DNA of 64,000 bases. Source: Mesotaenium endlicherianum (lineage: Eukaryota). The stretch is taken from assembly GCA_009602735.1 (NCBI GenBank), contig WELA01002856.1, positions 1-64,000 on the forward strand, written 5' to 3'. The position numbers were made by a program, and so were the translations under genes. This document shows, in pieces, positions 11,786 to 22,599 of this stretch. The first letter of the stretch is position 1. Each line of letters opens with the position of its first letter. A model generated the notes under the pieces. The model was given only the letters and a program-made list of their open reading frames with translations. It did no database searches and was not told the DNA's origin.

Positions 11786-14700
11786 TCAATTTTTCCTCTT
11801 TCTTGTTCTTGCAGGCTGCCTCCAAGGGGTCTTCTGCTGCTTCTTGATGGTGGCAGGCTGCCTCCCTGAAGTCTTCGGGCTTCTAGTAGAGAGACTTGGG
11901 GCTGGTCCAAGATGGGGGTTGGCGGCATGGAAGCGCTTCAACTTTCTCTGAACTTTGTCAAGGTAGTGCGCCGCCACCCAACTATTCTCCGAATCTGGAT
12001 ATCCTTTCCACTTGATCAAGTATTGCTGCTGTCTCCTGAAATTTCTCATAGCCACTATGTCTTCCACTTCGTACTCCAAATGATCATCCACTATTGTTGG
12101 GGCTGGTGGGGTTGTCACACGTCCTGGGAACTTGTTGTCGGGTTGCACATATGGCTTGAAGAGGGAAGCGTGGAATACGGGGTCGATGTGCATAGTCTGG
12201 GGAAGTTCTAGCTTGAAAGCAACGGGGTTGACTTGCTGGATAATCTTGAAGGGTCCCAAATACTTGGGAGAGAACTTGCTGCCGGCAGGCCTGTTGTTCA
12301 GGGAAATGTTCTTGGATGATAGTAACACGTTGTCACCCACTCTGTACGTAATTTCTCTTCTGGATCTGTTCGCCACTCTTGCTTGAGCATCTTGCGCGTG
12401 TTGTAGAGCTTTCTTCGCTGCTGTAAGGGCTGCTTCTAATGTCTCCATAAAATCTGTGGCTGCAGGTACTTCATCATGGCCAGCCGTGAAGCTCAGTGGC
12501 GTGGTCGGATGGAAGCCATAGTTGAGGAAGAATGGGGACTCTTGGGTAGAGGCCTGCGTAGTGTTGTTGTAGGCAAACTCGAGGGGGGTCAAGTACATGT
12601 CCCAGTCTTGCTCGAGGGTAGACACGTAGGCCTTTAGAGAGGTCTTTAGGGTACGATTCATACGCTCGGTTTGCCCATCTGATTGTGGGTGGTAGGCAGT
12701 AGACATATCCAGCGATGTACCCAAGTTCTTGAAGAGATTTTTCCAGAAATGGCTTGTGAATCTTGGATCTCTATCTGACACAATTCTTGATGGTAGTCCA
12801 TGGAGTCGGAAGATGTTGTCAAAGATGAGTCTTGCAAGTTGTGGTGCTGTAGCCTTAGTCGTCGTGGGAATAAAATGAGCCATCTTGGTAAGTCTGTCCA
12901 CCGCCGTGAGTATTGCATTATGGCCTCGAGGTGTCACGGGCAAGTCCACGATAAGGTCCATTGAGATGTCCGTCCATTGTCTTTCGGGGATTGGTAGTGG
13001 TTGGAGGAGTCCTCCCGCCTTTTGCGATGATGGCTTGATTCTTTGGCATGTGTCACAGCTCCTGCAGTACTCCTTGACTTGCTTAGACATGCCTGGCCAA
13101 CAATAAGTCCTAGCTAGAACGCCCGTGGTCCTTAGGATTCCAAAGTGTCCTCCAAGAGGGTTGTCGTGTGCTTCTCGTAGAAGCAAGAGCCGGAGGTCTA
13201 AGTCATTAGGAACACATCTCTGGCCCGTATCTTGCCTCACCCAATAATTGCCTTCTTGCTTCTTGCATGGGTCCAAGGCTGCTTCTCCGTTCTTGTAGTA
13301 AGGGTCTCTTTCATAGGCGGCTGAAAATCGAGCTTCCAGATCTGTCTTCAGGGATACCATCACTGCATTTAATTGCAGTCTTGAGAGGGGGTCAGCCGGG
13401 TTTGTCTTGCCGGGCTGGTACTGAATCGTGATGTTGTATTGTTGCAAGTATCCGCTCCATCTTGCTTGTCTCCTTGAGAGATACGGCTGCGTTTGGAGGT
13501 GCTTTAACGCCTCGTGGTCCGTGGTGACCAGTACTTTGCGTCCTTCAACGTAGCAGCGCCAAACCTTCAAGGCATGTACAATCGCCAATGCCTCTCGCTC
13601 CGTGGTTGTATAATTTTGCTCGGCTGGATTTAGCTTCCTTGACTCGTAGGCGATGGGCTGCAGTCCCTTGCCTTGGTCTTGAAGCAGGATTGCTCCTATT
13701 GCATAGGAAGATGCATCGGTGATGACGTGGAAGGGCCAATCTGGGTTTGGACTTGGGAGTGTGAGCACCGGGGATGTGGTCAATCTTCGCTTTAACTCTT
13801 GAAATGCCTCTTCCTCTTTCTCGGTCCATGTATATAGCCTGTCCTTCTTGAGTAGATCTGTCAGGGGGGCTGCTATGTGCGAGAAGCCTTGGATGAATTT
13901 TCTGTACCAATTGGCAAATCCCAAGAATGACTGGAGTTCTTTCTTGGTCGTGGGGGTTGGCCATTCCTCCACCACCGTGGTCTTCTTGGGGTCTATCTTG
14001 ATGCCATCAGCAGTCACGTGGAGACCTAGGAACTCCACTTCTTGTTTGGCAAACTCGCATTTTGACTCCTTCGCAAACAGCTTGTTTTGCTTCAATACTT
14101 CAAGGACTTCTTTCAAGTGTCTCGCATGCTCTTCAAGGGTCTTGCTGTAGATAAGGATGTCATCGATGAATACCACCACAAATCTGTCCAACATGGGCTG
14201 AAATATGGTGTTCATCATAGTCATGAAAGTTGCTGGCGCGTTGGTGAGTCCAAATGGCAGGACCATGAACTCAAAATGTCCATATCTTGTCCTGAATGCC
14301 GTCTTCTCTATGTCCGGTTCTGCGATGCGAATCTGGTGGTAGCCGCTCCGTAAGTCAATCTTCGTGAAGTACTTGGCTCCAACCAGCCGGTCCATGAGCT
14401 CATCCATGCGCGGCAGCGGGTATCGATTCTTGATGGTGATCTTGTTGAGGGCGCGATAGTCCACACACATCCTCAAGGTACCATCTTTCTTCTTGACAAA
14501 TAGCACCGGGGCTCCAAATGGCGACTTGCTAGGTCGAATGAAGCCATGCTCCAGTAGCTCCTTGATTTGCTTCTTGACTTCGTCTAGCTCCGTGTATGAC
14601 ATTTTGAACGTAGGCCGAGAGATGGGCTTGCTTCCGGGCTCCAACTCTATCTTGTGGTCTACGAATCTTTTGGGGGGTAGGCCCTTGGGCAATTCCGGGG

Positions 14701-15394
14701 AGAACACTTCTTTGTAGTCCTCTAAGACTTCTTGTATCTCCTTGGGAACGGGGCTGCCTTCTTGACTCTCGATGTCTTTCTTGATGTCTTTTGGCGTGAT
14801 CAAGGCCAAAAGAAGCTCGTGTCCCTTCCTCACAAGTCTCTTGAGTTGGAGGGCGGACAATAGTATCTCGTGTGCCGGCTTCTGGATGTCTTGGGTCTGG
14901 ATATTCTGGATTGCGCGCAAAATACAGATTCTTGAAGTGATGTCATTCTTGATCTTGATAGTACCGGTCCTCCAATCAACTTGGGGGTTGTGCTTGGTCA
15001 ACCAAGGCGTCCCTAGGATGACGTCGTACTTGCCCAATTGCATGGGGGAGAACACTACTCTATCCTTGAAGGACTTGATAGAGAGTGCCAAGGGGTACGT
15101 CTTCTTGGAAGGGGTAGTATAGGAGAATCCATCGGGCATCATAATCTCCTCGTCGTGGTCAAGAGTTCGCATAGTAATACCGTGCTTGGTGGCAAAATCT
15201 GCAGCAATGAAGTTGCCTTGAGCTCCGCTATCCACCAAGATGTGGACCTTCTCTCCTCCAAGGTAACCTCTCAAACTCATTGGGGCTGGAACGTCGTCTT
15301 CAACGGGGGTCTCCACCTCACTTGGCGTGTTGCCTTCTCGTGAAGTGGGTCTTGGGGTGGTAGGCTCCTGGCCTACCGGCGCTGTCCGTTTTTT
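11786..15394 (-). CDS. pol: Element B Pol: protease-RT-RNase H-integrase-chromodomain, entered by a -1 frameshift
   Basis: LVDSGA, FIDD, TDAS, HHCC (HDNPLGGH...CDTC), DDE core, GPF motif, chromodomain YEVEDIV...YLIKWKGY. No internal stops. Confidence 0.95.
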   Translation of the reverse strand, partial: KKRTAPVGQEPTTPRPTSREGNTPSEVETPVEDDVPAPMSLRGYLGGEKVHILVDSGAQGNFIAADFATKHGITMRTLDHDEEIMMPDGFSYTTPSKKTYPLALSIKSFKDRVVFSPMQLGKYDVILGTPWLTKHNPQVDWRTGTIKIKNDITSRICILRAIQNIQTQDIQKPAHEILLSALQLKRLVRKGHELLLALITPKDIKKDIESQEGSPVPKEIQEVLEDYKEVFSPELPKGLPPKRFVDHKIELEPGSKPISRPTFKMSYTELDEVKKQIKELLEHGFIRPSKSPFGAPVLFVKKKDGTLRMCVDYRALNKITIKNRYPLPRMDELMDRLVGAKYFTKIDLRSGYHQIRIAEPDIEKTAFRTRYGHFEFMVLPFGLTNAPATFMTMMNTIFQPMLDRFVVVFIDDILIYSKTLEEHARHLKEVLEVLKQNKLFAKESKCEFAKQEVEFLGLHVTADGIKIDPKKTTVVEEWPTPTTKKELQSFLGFANWYRKFIQGFSHIAAPLTDLLKKDRLYTWTEKEEEAFQELKRRLTTSPVLTLPSPNPDWPFHVITDASSYAIGAILLQDQGKGLQPIAYESRKLNPAEQNYTTTEREALAIVHALKVWRCYVEGRKVLVTTDHEALKHLQTQPYLSRRQARWSGYLQQYNITIQYQPGKTNPADPLSRLQLNAVMVSLKTDLEARFSAAYERDPYYKNGEAALDPCKKQEGNYWVRQDTGQRCVPNDLDLRLLLLREAHDNPLGGHFGILRTTGVLARTYCWPGMSKQVKEYCRSCDTCQRIKPSSQKAGGLLQPLPIPERQWTDISMDLIVDLPVTPRGHNAILTAVDRLTKMAHFIPTTTKATAPQLARLIFDNIFRLHGLPSRIVSDRDPRFTSHFWKNLFKNLGTSLDMSTAYHPQSDGQTERMNRTLKTSLKAYVSTLEQDWDMYLTPLEFAYNNTTQASTQESPFFLNYGFHPTTPLSFTAGHDEVPAATDFMETLEAALTAAKKALQHAQDAQARVANRSRREITYRVGDNVLLSSKNISLNNRPAGSKFSPKYLGPFKIIQQVNPVAFKLELPQTMHIDPVFHASLFKPYVQPDNKFPGRVTTPPAPTIVDDHLEYEVEDIVAMRNFRRQQQYLIKWKGYPDSENSWVAAHYLDKVQRKLKRFHAANPHLGPAPSLSTRSPKTSGRQPATIKKQQKTPWRQPARTRKRKN

Positions 15395-16653
15395 GACAAC
15401 TTTTTGGGGCATGAAAGTGCACGATGGCCCTTTTCCTTGCAATAAAAGCATAGTCCAGCCGTCATGAGAGCTTCTTTTTCAGCCGGGGAGAGTCTTGCTT
15501 TCACTCCTTGCTGGTTTCTTGCATCATAAGTGTCATTGGAGGGTCTTCCACTCTTCCGGGCAGCCGCGGGGTCCCTTTTAATAACTCCGATTTCCATGGG
15601 TGTGGGTCCAGATTCGGATGTGGAAGGGGCTGCGTACACCCGCGTCGTCGGTACCCGTGAAGATGAAGGCACGGAGTGCTTGAAATCCAAGGTATCCACC
15701 TTTTGGGCCACTTCAATGATCTTTGAGAAGTCCGTCAAGTCGCGTAACTCCACTTCCTTTGCCACCTTGGGTTTGAGGCCAAAGATGTAGCGGTCAATCT
15801 TCTCCTCGAGAGACATGTTGGGGATCTCAAGAGTGAGGGCGTGAAATCTGGATGTATACTCTTGAACGGACGTCGTTTGCTTGAGATGGTGGAGCTTTCC
15901 TCGGGCAATCTTCTCCGCATTGATGGGCATGAATTGCTTCTTGAGGGCCTCACGAAAATCTGCCCATCTTGCATATGATGGTGGGGGCTCTTGGCCGAGC
16001 ATGGGGTGCGCCATAGCTTGATATATAGCCGCTTGATAGTTACGCCACCATGATGTTGCTGCTCCTCTAAGTAAGGTAACGGCAAAGGGAACGTAGTCCT
16101 CCTCGGGTACTTCAAGGAATGCGAGGTACGTCTCCACTTGGTAGAGCCATAAATTCAGGTTGGCACCTTTCCCGGGGTTGAAAGTGTCGGGTTTGCCGGG
16201 CTTGATGAGTTTCCTTGCTCTCGTTGGCTCTTGTGGAGGCGCTTGAGCCGGGGCTGGATTTTGAGCATTGCTCGCAATAGGGGCAACCATGGCAGCCATA
16301 GCTTCTCTTGACGCTTGCACGGTTGCTTCATAGGTGGCCAAGCCCACTTGGTTGTGGACGGTCATTAGGAAGGCTGCCCACTCATTTGCGGGAACTCCTT
16401 GTGGTGGGGTCAACTTTGCTATAGCGGCTGCCACGGGATTTGACGGTGCTCCTCCTTGTGGTGCTTCTTGTTGTTGGAGATTTCCTTGAGTAGGCTCTCC
16501 CATCGACGCTGGAGGAGGGTGTGCTCCTCCTTGTGGTGCTTCTTGTTGTTGCAGATTTTCTTGAGTGGGCTCTCCCATCGGCGCTGGAGGAGGGTGTCTT
16601 GGAGAGGAAGGGCTTCCTTCGAAAGCTTGCTGTTGGTCTTGAGGATCGGCCAT
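15373..16653 (-). CDS. gag: Element B Gag (426 aa)
   Basis: Retrotransposon gag core ([25 protein letters not shown]), PTPMEIG motif and [14 protein letters not shown] knuckle. A 25-aa N-terminal duplication is present. Confidence 0.95.
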   Translation of the reverse strand: MADPQDQQQAFEGSPSSPRHPPPAPMGEPTQENLQQQEAPQGGAHPPPASMGEPTQGNLQQQEAPQGGAPSNPVAAAIAKLTPPQGVPANEWAAFLMTVHNQVGLATYEATVQASREAMAAMVAPIASNAQNPAPAQAPPQEPTRARKLIKPGKPDTFNPGKGANLNLWLYQVETYLAFLEVPEEDYVPFAVTLLRGAATSWWRNYQAAIYQAMAHPMLGQEPPPSYARWADFREALKKQFMPINAEKIARGKLHHLKQTTSVQEYTSRFHALTLEIPNMSLEEKIDRYIFGLKPKVAKEVELRDLTDFSKIIEVAQKVDTLDFKHSVPSSSRVPTTRVYAAPSTSESGPTPMEIGVIKRDPAAARKSGRPSNDTYDARNQQGVKARLSPAEKEALMTAGLCFYCKEKGHRALSCPKKLSKNGQRR

Positions 16654-19600
16654 CTTCTTGTGCTACCAAAGTGCCTAGCTCCGATACCACTGTAGTGAAA
16701 CAGATAGATAAAGTACTTAGTAAAACAGAATACTTTATCTATTCAAGACAAGGATCTTTGAACACAAGTGGTAGCTTCTTGAAAGAGAGATGGCTTCTTG
16801 AAAGTTAATATATTTCTGGATTTTGGCAAGTACAAGAGTGATTCTGGAATGTCTTTCTATGTTCTAGCTCTTGTTTATATACTTGCTACATAAGTAATTT
16901 CTAGGAAGGTGTATGTTGATGTGTTGGCACCCAACACATCCCAAAACTTGCCACCTCTTTCTAGAATAATGTACACATGTCCTTTTGACCTAAAAATGGC
17001 ACATCTGACTTTTGCCACATGGAGTTCTTCTAGGTCTTTCCTCTAACTTCGAAAATGCCTTGAAAGGTTCAAAGGACATGAACCAAGTTACTAGAGTACC
17101 TATTCACACTTGACTCCACACCATACTACTTCAAATATATTTGAAAACATTAAAATATATGCAAACTAATGTATAATAACTCAAATCACTACAAACCGTC
17201 AGGAGACGAGTCTCGCCATATTGCCACGTACGGTGAGAATCCGTATGACGCGCAAGCCTTTGTACCCAATTTGGGCAGAGAGCACGACGTGTGGGGTAAA
17301 GTTAGTGAGTCTTGGTCACCATTCGAAATGACTGGTGATGATAAGGATGAAAATCCTAAGTTCAAGCTGTCTACAAAGTGTTTTAGTGGACAAACCGGTG
17401 AAAATAGTTTCACTGTCAAAGAGTTTGATGAGATCTATTGGGCTGATTTCTTTGAGAGAATTCGAAAGGATTCTTCTTACACTCAGTCAGTCCCTTTTAT
17501 AAGCTTGGTTCATTACTTGGACAAGGATGCCTTGTTGCTTTATCGCCAATTCCGGAAGGATGAGAACCTTACCCAGGAATGGGCGTTTGACAAGCAAAAG
17601 AAGGCGAGGGATTTAAAAATCCAGAAAGAGGCTGCAAAAGCCTGCTTGTCCGCTTTGTCATCAGGAAGAGCGAAACCTGCTGCACCTATTGAGAGCGTAG
17701 ACTTAGTTGCACTAACACAAGAATTAACAGATGCCATGAGGCAACTCACCGAGGGTCAGCAGCGAGCGGCTACTCGAGATGATGATGCTGGGTCTGTTGC
17801 AGAATTGCGTAAAGTGTGTGCAGAATTGTCTGAAAAGATTGCTAATGCTCAGGAACGAGTAACGCGCAGGGCTGCACCTTTTACAGGGCAGCATGGTGAT
17901 AGTGCCACCACGGAAGCAAGCCATGCGCAAGCGTTGGCTAGTTGCCGTAGGGATATGGAGGCTGGAGATGACCAGTTAGACTCTGAGCACTGTCTGCGTC
18001 GTTTTTTTAAGTTGCTTGAAGCAAAATTCCCAGAGGATTGCAGTCTTAAGATGCACCGTTATGTGCATTTTGTCCGTCAGAAGAACGAGAGAGTGATGGA
18101 GGTCAAATCCAGATTGGTAGACCTTGCCAAGAAGGCAGGAATCTATGAGCCTAGGATTGTGGCTGACAAATTCTTATTGTGTTTGGGTAAAGACACAGAT
18201 TGGGAGGTCAGGCCGCATCTATCTGCGAAACGCGGAATCGACTGGAACATCGACGAGGCTGCTGAAATAGCACGCAATGTCTAGGAAGGTAAAGTCTGGT
18301 ACAAGGAGGCTTCCAGGACGCTTATGGCTCCTGAGAAAAAGGAGGAATCTTTTCAACCTAAGGTCAATAGCTCTAATTTCCAGTTCAAGAAGAAGAGCGG
18401 GTCTTTCAATAGGTTTGCTAAGCACGCCAACACTGTTGAGACCGCAGAGGGCTGTTGGAATTGCGGGAAATGGGGACATCAGAAGAGAGATTGTCTGTAC
18501 CCGGATGCTAAGCAATTGTCTGCTAGCAAGGCGCAGGTATGCGCACATTGCAGCAAAAAGGGACACTCAGAAGATGAGTGTTGGTCCAAGAACCCAAATC
18601 TGAAGCCACCATGGGCTAATGCTGCCACGAAAGAGGCAGATAAGGGTAAGTAAAAGGAGAAATGTAACTCTGGTGACCGAAAGGGTAACCAAAAGTATGA
18701 TGCTATGAGTGCAGAGATTGCAGAGTTGAAAGCTCTATTCGCAAGACTAAATGTCCCCAATGTCTATTATGATGCAGATGTGGCCGAAAAGACCGTCTGC
18801 AAAGGCGAGAAGCTGACGCCTGAGAAGGCCGTGACTGCAACGGCTGCGGAGCGCGCAGATCATGACCGTCTGGTTCCAAGGAATGCTGGGAAGCTTCCTC
18901 AGACCTTTCGGATCACTCTCGATAAGAACGAGATTGCGCGGCTACGACAAGCCAAGCCTGGGCCACGCAAGACATTTAGTTTTTTGCTGGAGATAATGAA
19001 GGCTCTGGTGGAACACCGGATTCAGCACATTCCTTGTCTTTCACTCGCTGATCTGCGTCTTACGTACCCTTTCACGGTTGAAGAAGCCGGACAGCAGCTG
19101 GACATAGCTGAGGAAGGCGCGAACGGCGCTTCGCTGCCTACTAATTTCAGCACTGTGAGAGTGCAGAACAAGGATAGAGTTTTGACATTCAACGACTGGG
19201 CCGCTCCCAATATCCTATTGGACACTAGCGCACAGCCAGTAAACTTGGGAAAGCGAGCTGTGAAAGCTCTGGGATTGACGGCAAGGGACCTGAACGAAAG
19301 TCCTTTTCAGTTGAGGACTGCATCTGGGCAGATTTCAAAATCTGTGGAATTACCCGCAAGCTTGTGAAAATCACAGTAAACTTGGGGAAACCTGAGGAGG
19401 CGTCACTGCTCATAGAATGCACGGTGACAGAGGCAGAGAACTATGATGTCCTTCCGGGGACAGAAGCCCTGATTCCCCTGGGTATGGTCATCGACCTGCG
19501 GAAGCAGAGGGTGACTTACCAGTCGACAGATTGGCAGCCGATAGGAAAAAATCCTGTAAAAATGGTTTGCTCGGGAGAGGCAAACTACGGATTGCTAGAC

Positions 19601-19798
19601 TGTTGTGTGAATGACCGGTATCCAGACCATTATGACCTCATCATGCAACGCGAAGAGGAGGGCTACACCAGCGTCAACATGCTGACTTCTTTGGTTTGGC
19701 AACCTCGGATTATGGAGCAACTGGAAGCTGTGAGTAACAGGGACCGTGGCTTGCAAGAGCTGCTGCCAGTTCCCTATCCAATTAAGTCTGTTGCCAAA

Positions 19799-20530
19799 GT
19801 TGACTGGATCTTTGCGGGATTCCCTTGTCAACCTTTCTCGCAAGCTGGGAACAGGAGGGGATTCAATGACCTGCGAGCACAACACTCGGGATGGATGGTG
19901 AAAATCATCAGTATGCTGCGGGAACGCCAGCATCTCTACCCACCAGTGTTTGTGATTGAGAATGTACGTCCAGGGATGGATTACAACCAGATGAAGCCAG
20001 GAGATCCATGGCTGGTCTTCGACTCCACCCTGGGTCATCATGTATTGATCAACGACGCCAGGCACGGAGGAGTCTCACACCGGGCCAGACTATTCTGGAC
20101 CAACGGCATGTCCATTGAAGTCCTGAGGGAGATGGAGGAGATTACGCGGCGCTCACCAACAACAGTATCTGTGGGAGAAGCACTGATGGTGGAAACCAAG
20201 CCAGTGATCAGGAGGGATTCCTACCCACAGTACGTCGTCAACGAGCCAGGCCGGCCCAGGGTGGTGCTGCCCACCTTCACGGCATACCCAGGATTACGCG
20301 CATTCGTGAATGGAGGACCAGGTTTGGTTAAGAATGCGCACGACAGAGAAGCTCAGTGGAGAGAGCCGACAGCTGAAGAGAAGGGAAGGTGCCTGGGGGT
20401 ACCCAACTCCATTGCACAAGAAATTGTTGCGATGGTGGGACAGGACAACGCTGGGAAGATATTCGGCAATATGATTGGGCATCACTCCATGACGTGGTTG
20501 ATGGAGACGATTATGACTTGGCAGCAGATG
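19799..20530 (+). pseudogene. C5 cytosine DNA methyltransferase domain within the family A polyprotein (copy 1; motifs I-III deleted)
   Basis: Motif IV AGFPCQPFSQAG, motif VI VIENV, motif VIII HRARLFW, motif IX-like REPTAEEKGRCLGVP and motif X-like KIFGN, in canonical order. Confidence 0.9.
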
Positions 20531-22599
20531 ACATTCTCTGACAAGTCTATGCCCAGGCCGAGACCGGTAACGATTGGAGTCCATGTGGTGCCAAACTCTG
20601 ATCAGAGAGCTATCAGGGAAGCGCATCAGCGACAAGAAGAATATGGTGTTGAAAGGGACGCAGCTGAGGCTGACCAAGGTGAAGCACTCAGAGAAACCAG
20701 AGTGGCGGAGCTGACCAGGTGTCAAGACCTACTGGCGCGAATTGACAATCGGATGACGGCTCTACAAGACCCTCTGGAAAGAGAGCTGCAAAGGCTGCGC
20801 GAAGACGTAGCCATGGAAGACCAGGCAACTGGTGAAGCAAACCCTTTGGAGAGCGCTGCAGCAAGCAAATCACAGGAGATCCCATTATCTGCAGAACGCT
20901 CCAGCCAAATATTTGTGAGGATGCCGGAAGGGGAGGAAGAGACCACTTCTGAGTTACGGAACATGGCCCAAGACCATGTCTTCGGAAGCCCATCCCCAAA
21001 CGCGGCAACGTCAAGATATGAAGAACGCCAGTGCAATATTGGCGAATGGGCCGAAGAATGGTCAGAATTCAGGAAATTCTGGAGGGTCTGGAAAGACCAT
21101 TTGCCTGGAGGTGATCTTTGAAGAACGCAGGAAGGAGACGAACGAGAGATTGCGCGCCACACCTGTTCTGATGAGCCCAGAGCCAGAGGCCAAAGGGCAA
21201 CCACAAGACGCAGTTGGCAGCACAGCTGAGTCGATCACCAGGCAAATCATGGAGCAGTTGCTGGAAGCAGACGCCCTTCGACTCAGAGAAGAGAAAGTGG
21301 CGAAAGCAGCTCGCGCTCTACAGTCAGCCATCATCAACATGGGGAGGCTCAAAGCAGGAGGGGATGAAGAATCGCCGCCTCCTGGAACAGAGAAGCGGGA
21401 GGAGGGAGAGGATGCAGAGATGCAAGGCCTCCCAGAGTTTGAGTTGCCATCACTCAACAATAGAGGGGAAGCTAGAGAAGAAATTCCACGTTTTCCCACG
21501 CCACAGTTGGATCAGCTTGACTTGCAGGAGTTGAGGACAGACGACTGGGTTGCTGACCACCTGATGGGGCCAAGCCCGGCAGACCTTTATGAAGAACTAA
21601 GGTCACCAACATCCAGTACCCCTACTGCCAGTCTTTCAGTGGCAGAGCCCAAGTCAACCGCACGACCGCCGCAATGGCAGGAGGTGACTGCCTGCACTGC
21701 TAAAGTGGAGACAGCGCAAGGTAAGCCCAAGGGTCGCGCAAGCAGACCAAGGAAGGTGGCCCGTGAGGGTAACGCATCTTTTAGGAGGATGCTAAAGCGA
21801 TATTTCAAGCATAAGGGGAAGGCTCAGAGAGAGGGCGTTCCGCGAGGAACCACAACCCCACCTCCTCCTCCTCTGCGGGATATTGTGCAGAGAGAGGGAG
21901 AGGACGGCTTGATTCGCAGGGCAATGGCATTGGGCATTAGTGTGCCGCCAGGCATTAACACGCCCTTGTTGCAACTATCAGATCTTAGGATGTCGAGGCC
22001 GGAGGCACTTGCTCCCATGACACCTGCAATCCCAGAATGGGAACTGATGGATCTGAGAAACACCATGAGCCGCTTGACCGCAGCAGATGATGTTTTCCTC
22101 GCACAACTAGCGACATCTCAAAGGCCGCAAACGTTGGCGCAGGCATGGACGGTCACACCACCCGCAAGGGAGGAGTATGGCACGACCGTCGCCCGCATGG
22201 CTGTTATTGAGCGAGAGTGGGGCTGGGTAATCAGCCCTAGGACAGGTCCTGCAGGTTGGCCAGTGGCAAACCAACCTCGGCCACGTGAAGAAGGAGGAAC
22301 CGAGACCAGTTGGACTGCAGTCGACGAAGAAAAGTTCCTAAGGCAACCCATCCGGAGGCGCCTGACGTACACCTCACAACAGGAGAGGCGACGCGTCATT
22401 GGGAAAGGTAAAAAGCCTAGGAAGCAGGCTGCAGAGCCTATCGCAACGGAGGAGCAAGCTGCAAAGCTTGCTACTCCACCTCCTAAGAATCAAGCAGAAA
22501 AGCTCGAGAGCCAGAATCAGGCAGAAAGCCTGAGGGCCAGGATGAGGGCGAAAAGCCCCCACCTGCACCCAAGGAGTTGCAACTACTGGATGCCTTTGT

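Larger units (their letters stand above)
10514..17193 (-). mobile_element. Intact Ty3/Gypsy chromovirus, family B; LTRs 10514-11016 and 16691-17193 (503 bp)
   Basis: TG...CA LTRs with about 6 differences. AACCG TSD at 10509-10513 and 17194-17198. PBS TGGTATCGGAGC at 16689-16678. PPT next to 11017. gag and pol are open. Confidence 0.97.
10391..19367 (+). pseudogene. Family A gag-protease (10391-10513 joined to 17199-~19367), interrupted by element B and two in-frame stops
   Basis: Starts MRLRSR and stays in frame across the AACCG TSD. Two CCHC knuckles (CWNCGKWGHQKRDC, CAHCSKKGHSEDEC) and a protease-like LLDTSA. The stops ending at 18284 and 18653 lie in the same frame as the flanking ORFs. 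Confidence 0.8.

Noticed and set aside
17169..17198. ATG start of the 371-aa ORF
   Set aside because: It lies inside the element B LTR. The real gag start is at 10391, before the insertion.
19799..20530. Bacterial restriction-modification gene or contamination
   Set aside because: The domain is embedded in the retroelement ORF at the same position in two copies, has no partner nuclease and sits in a spliced eukaryotic context.
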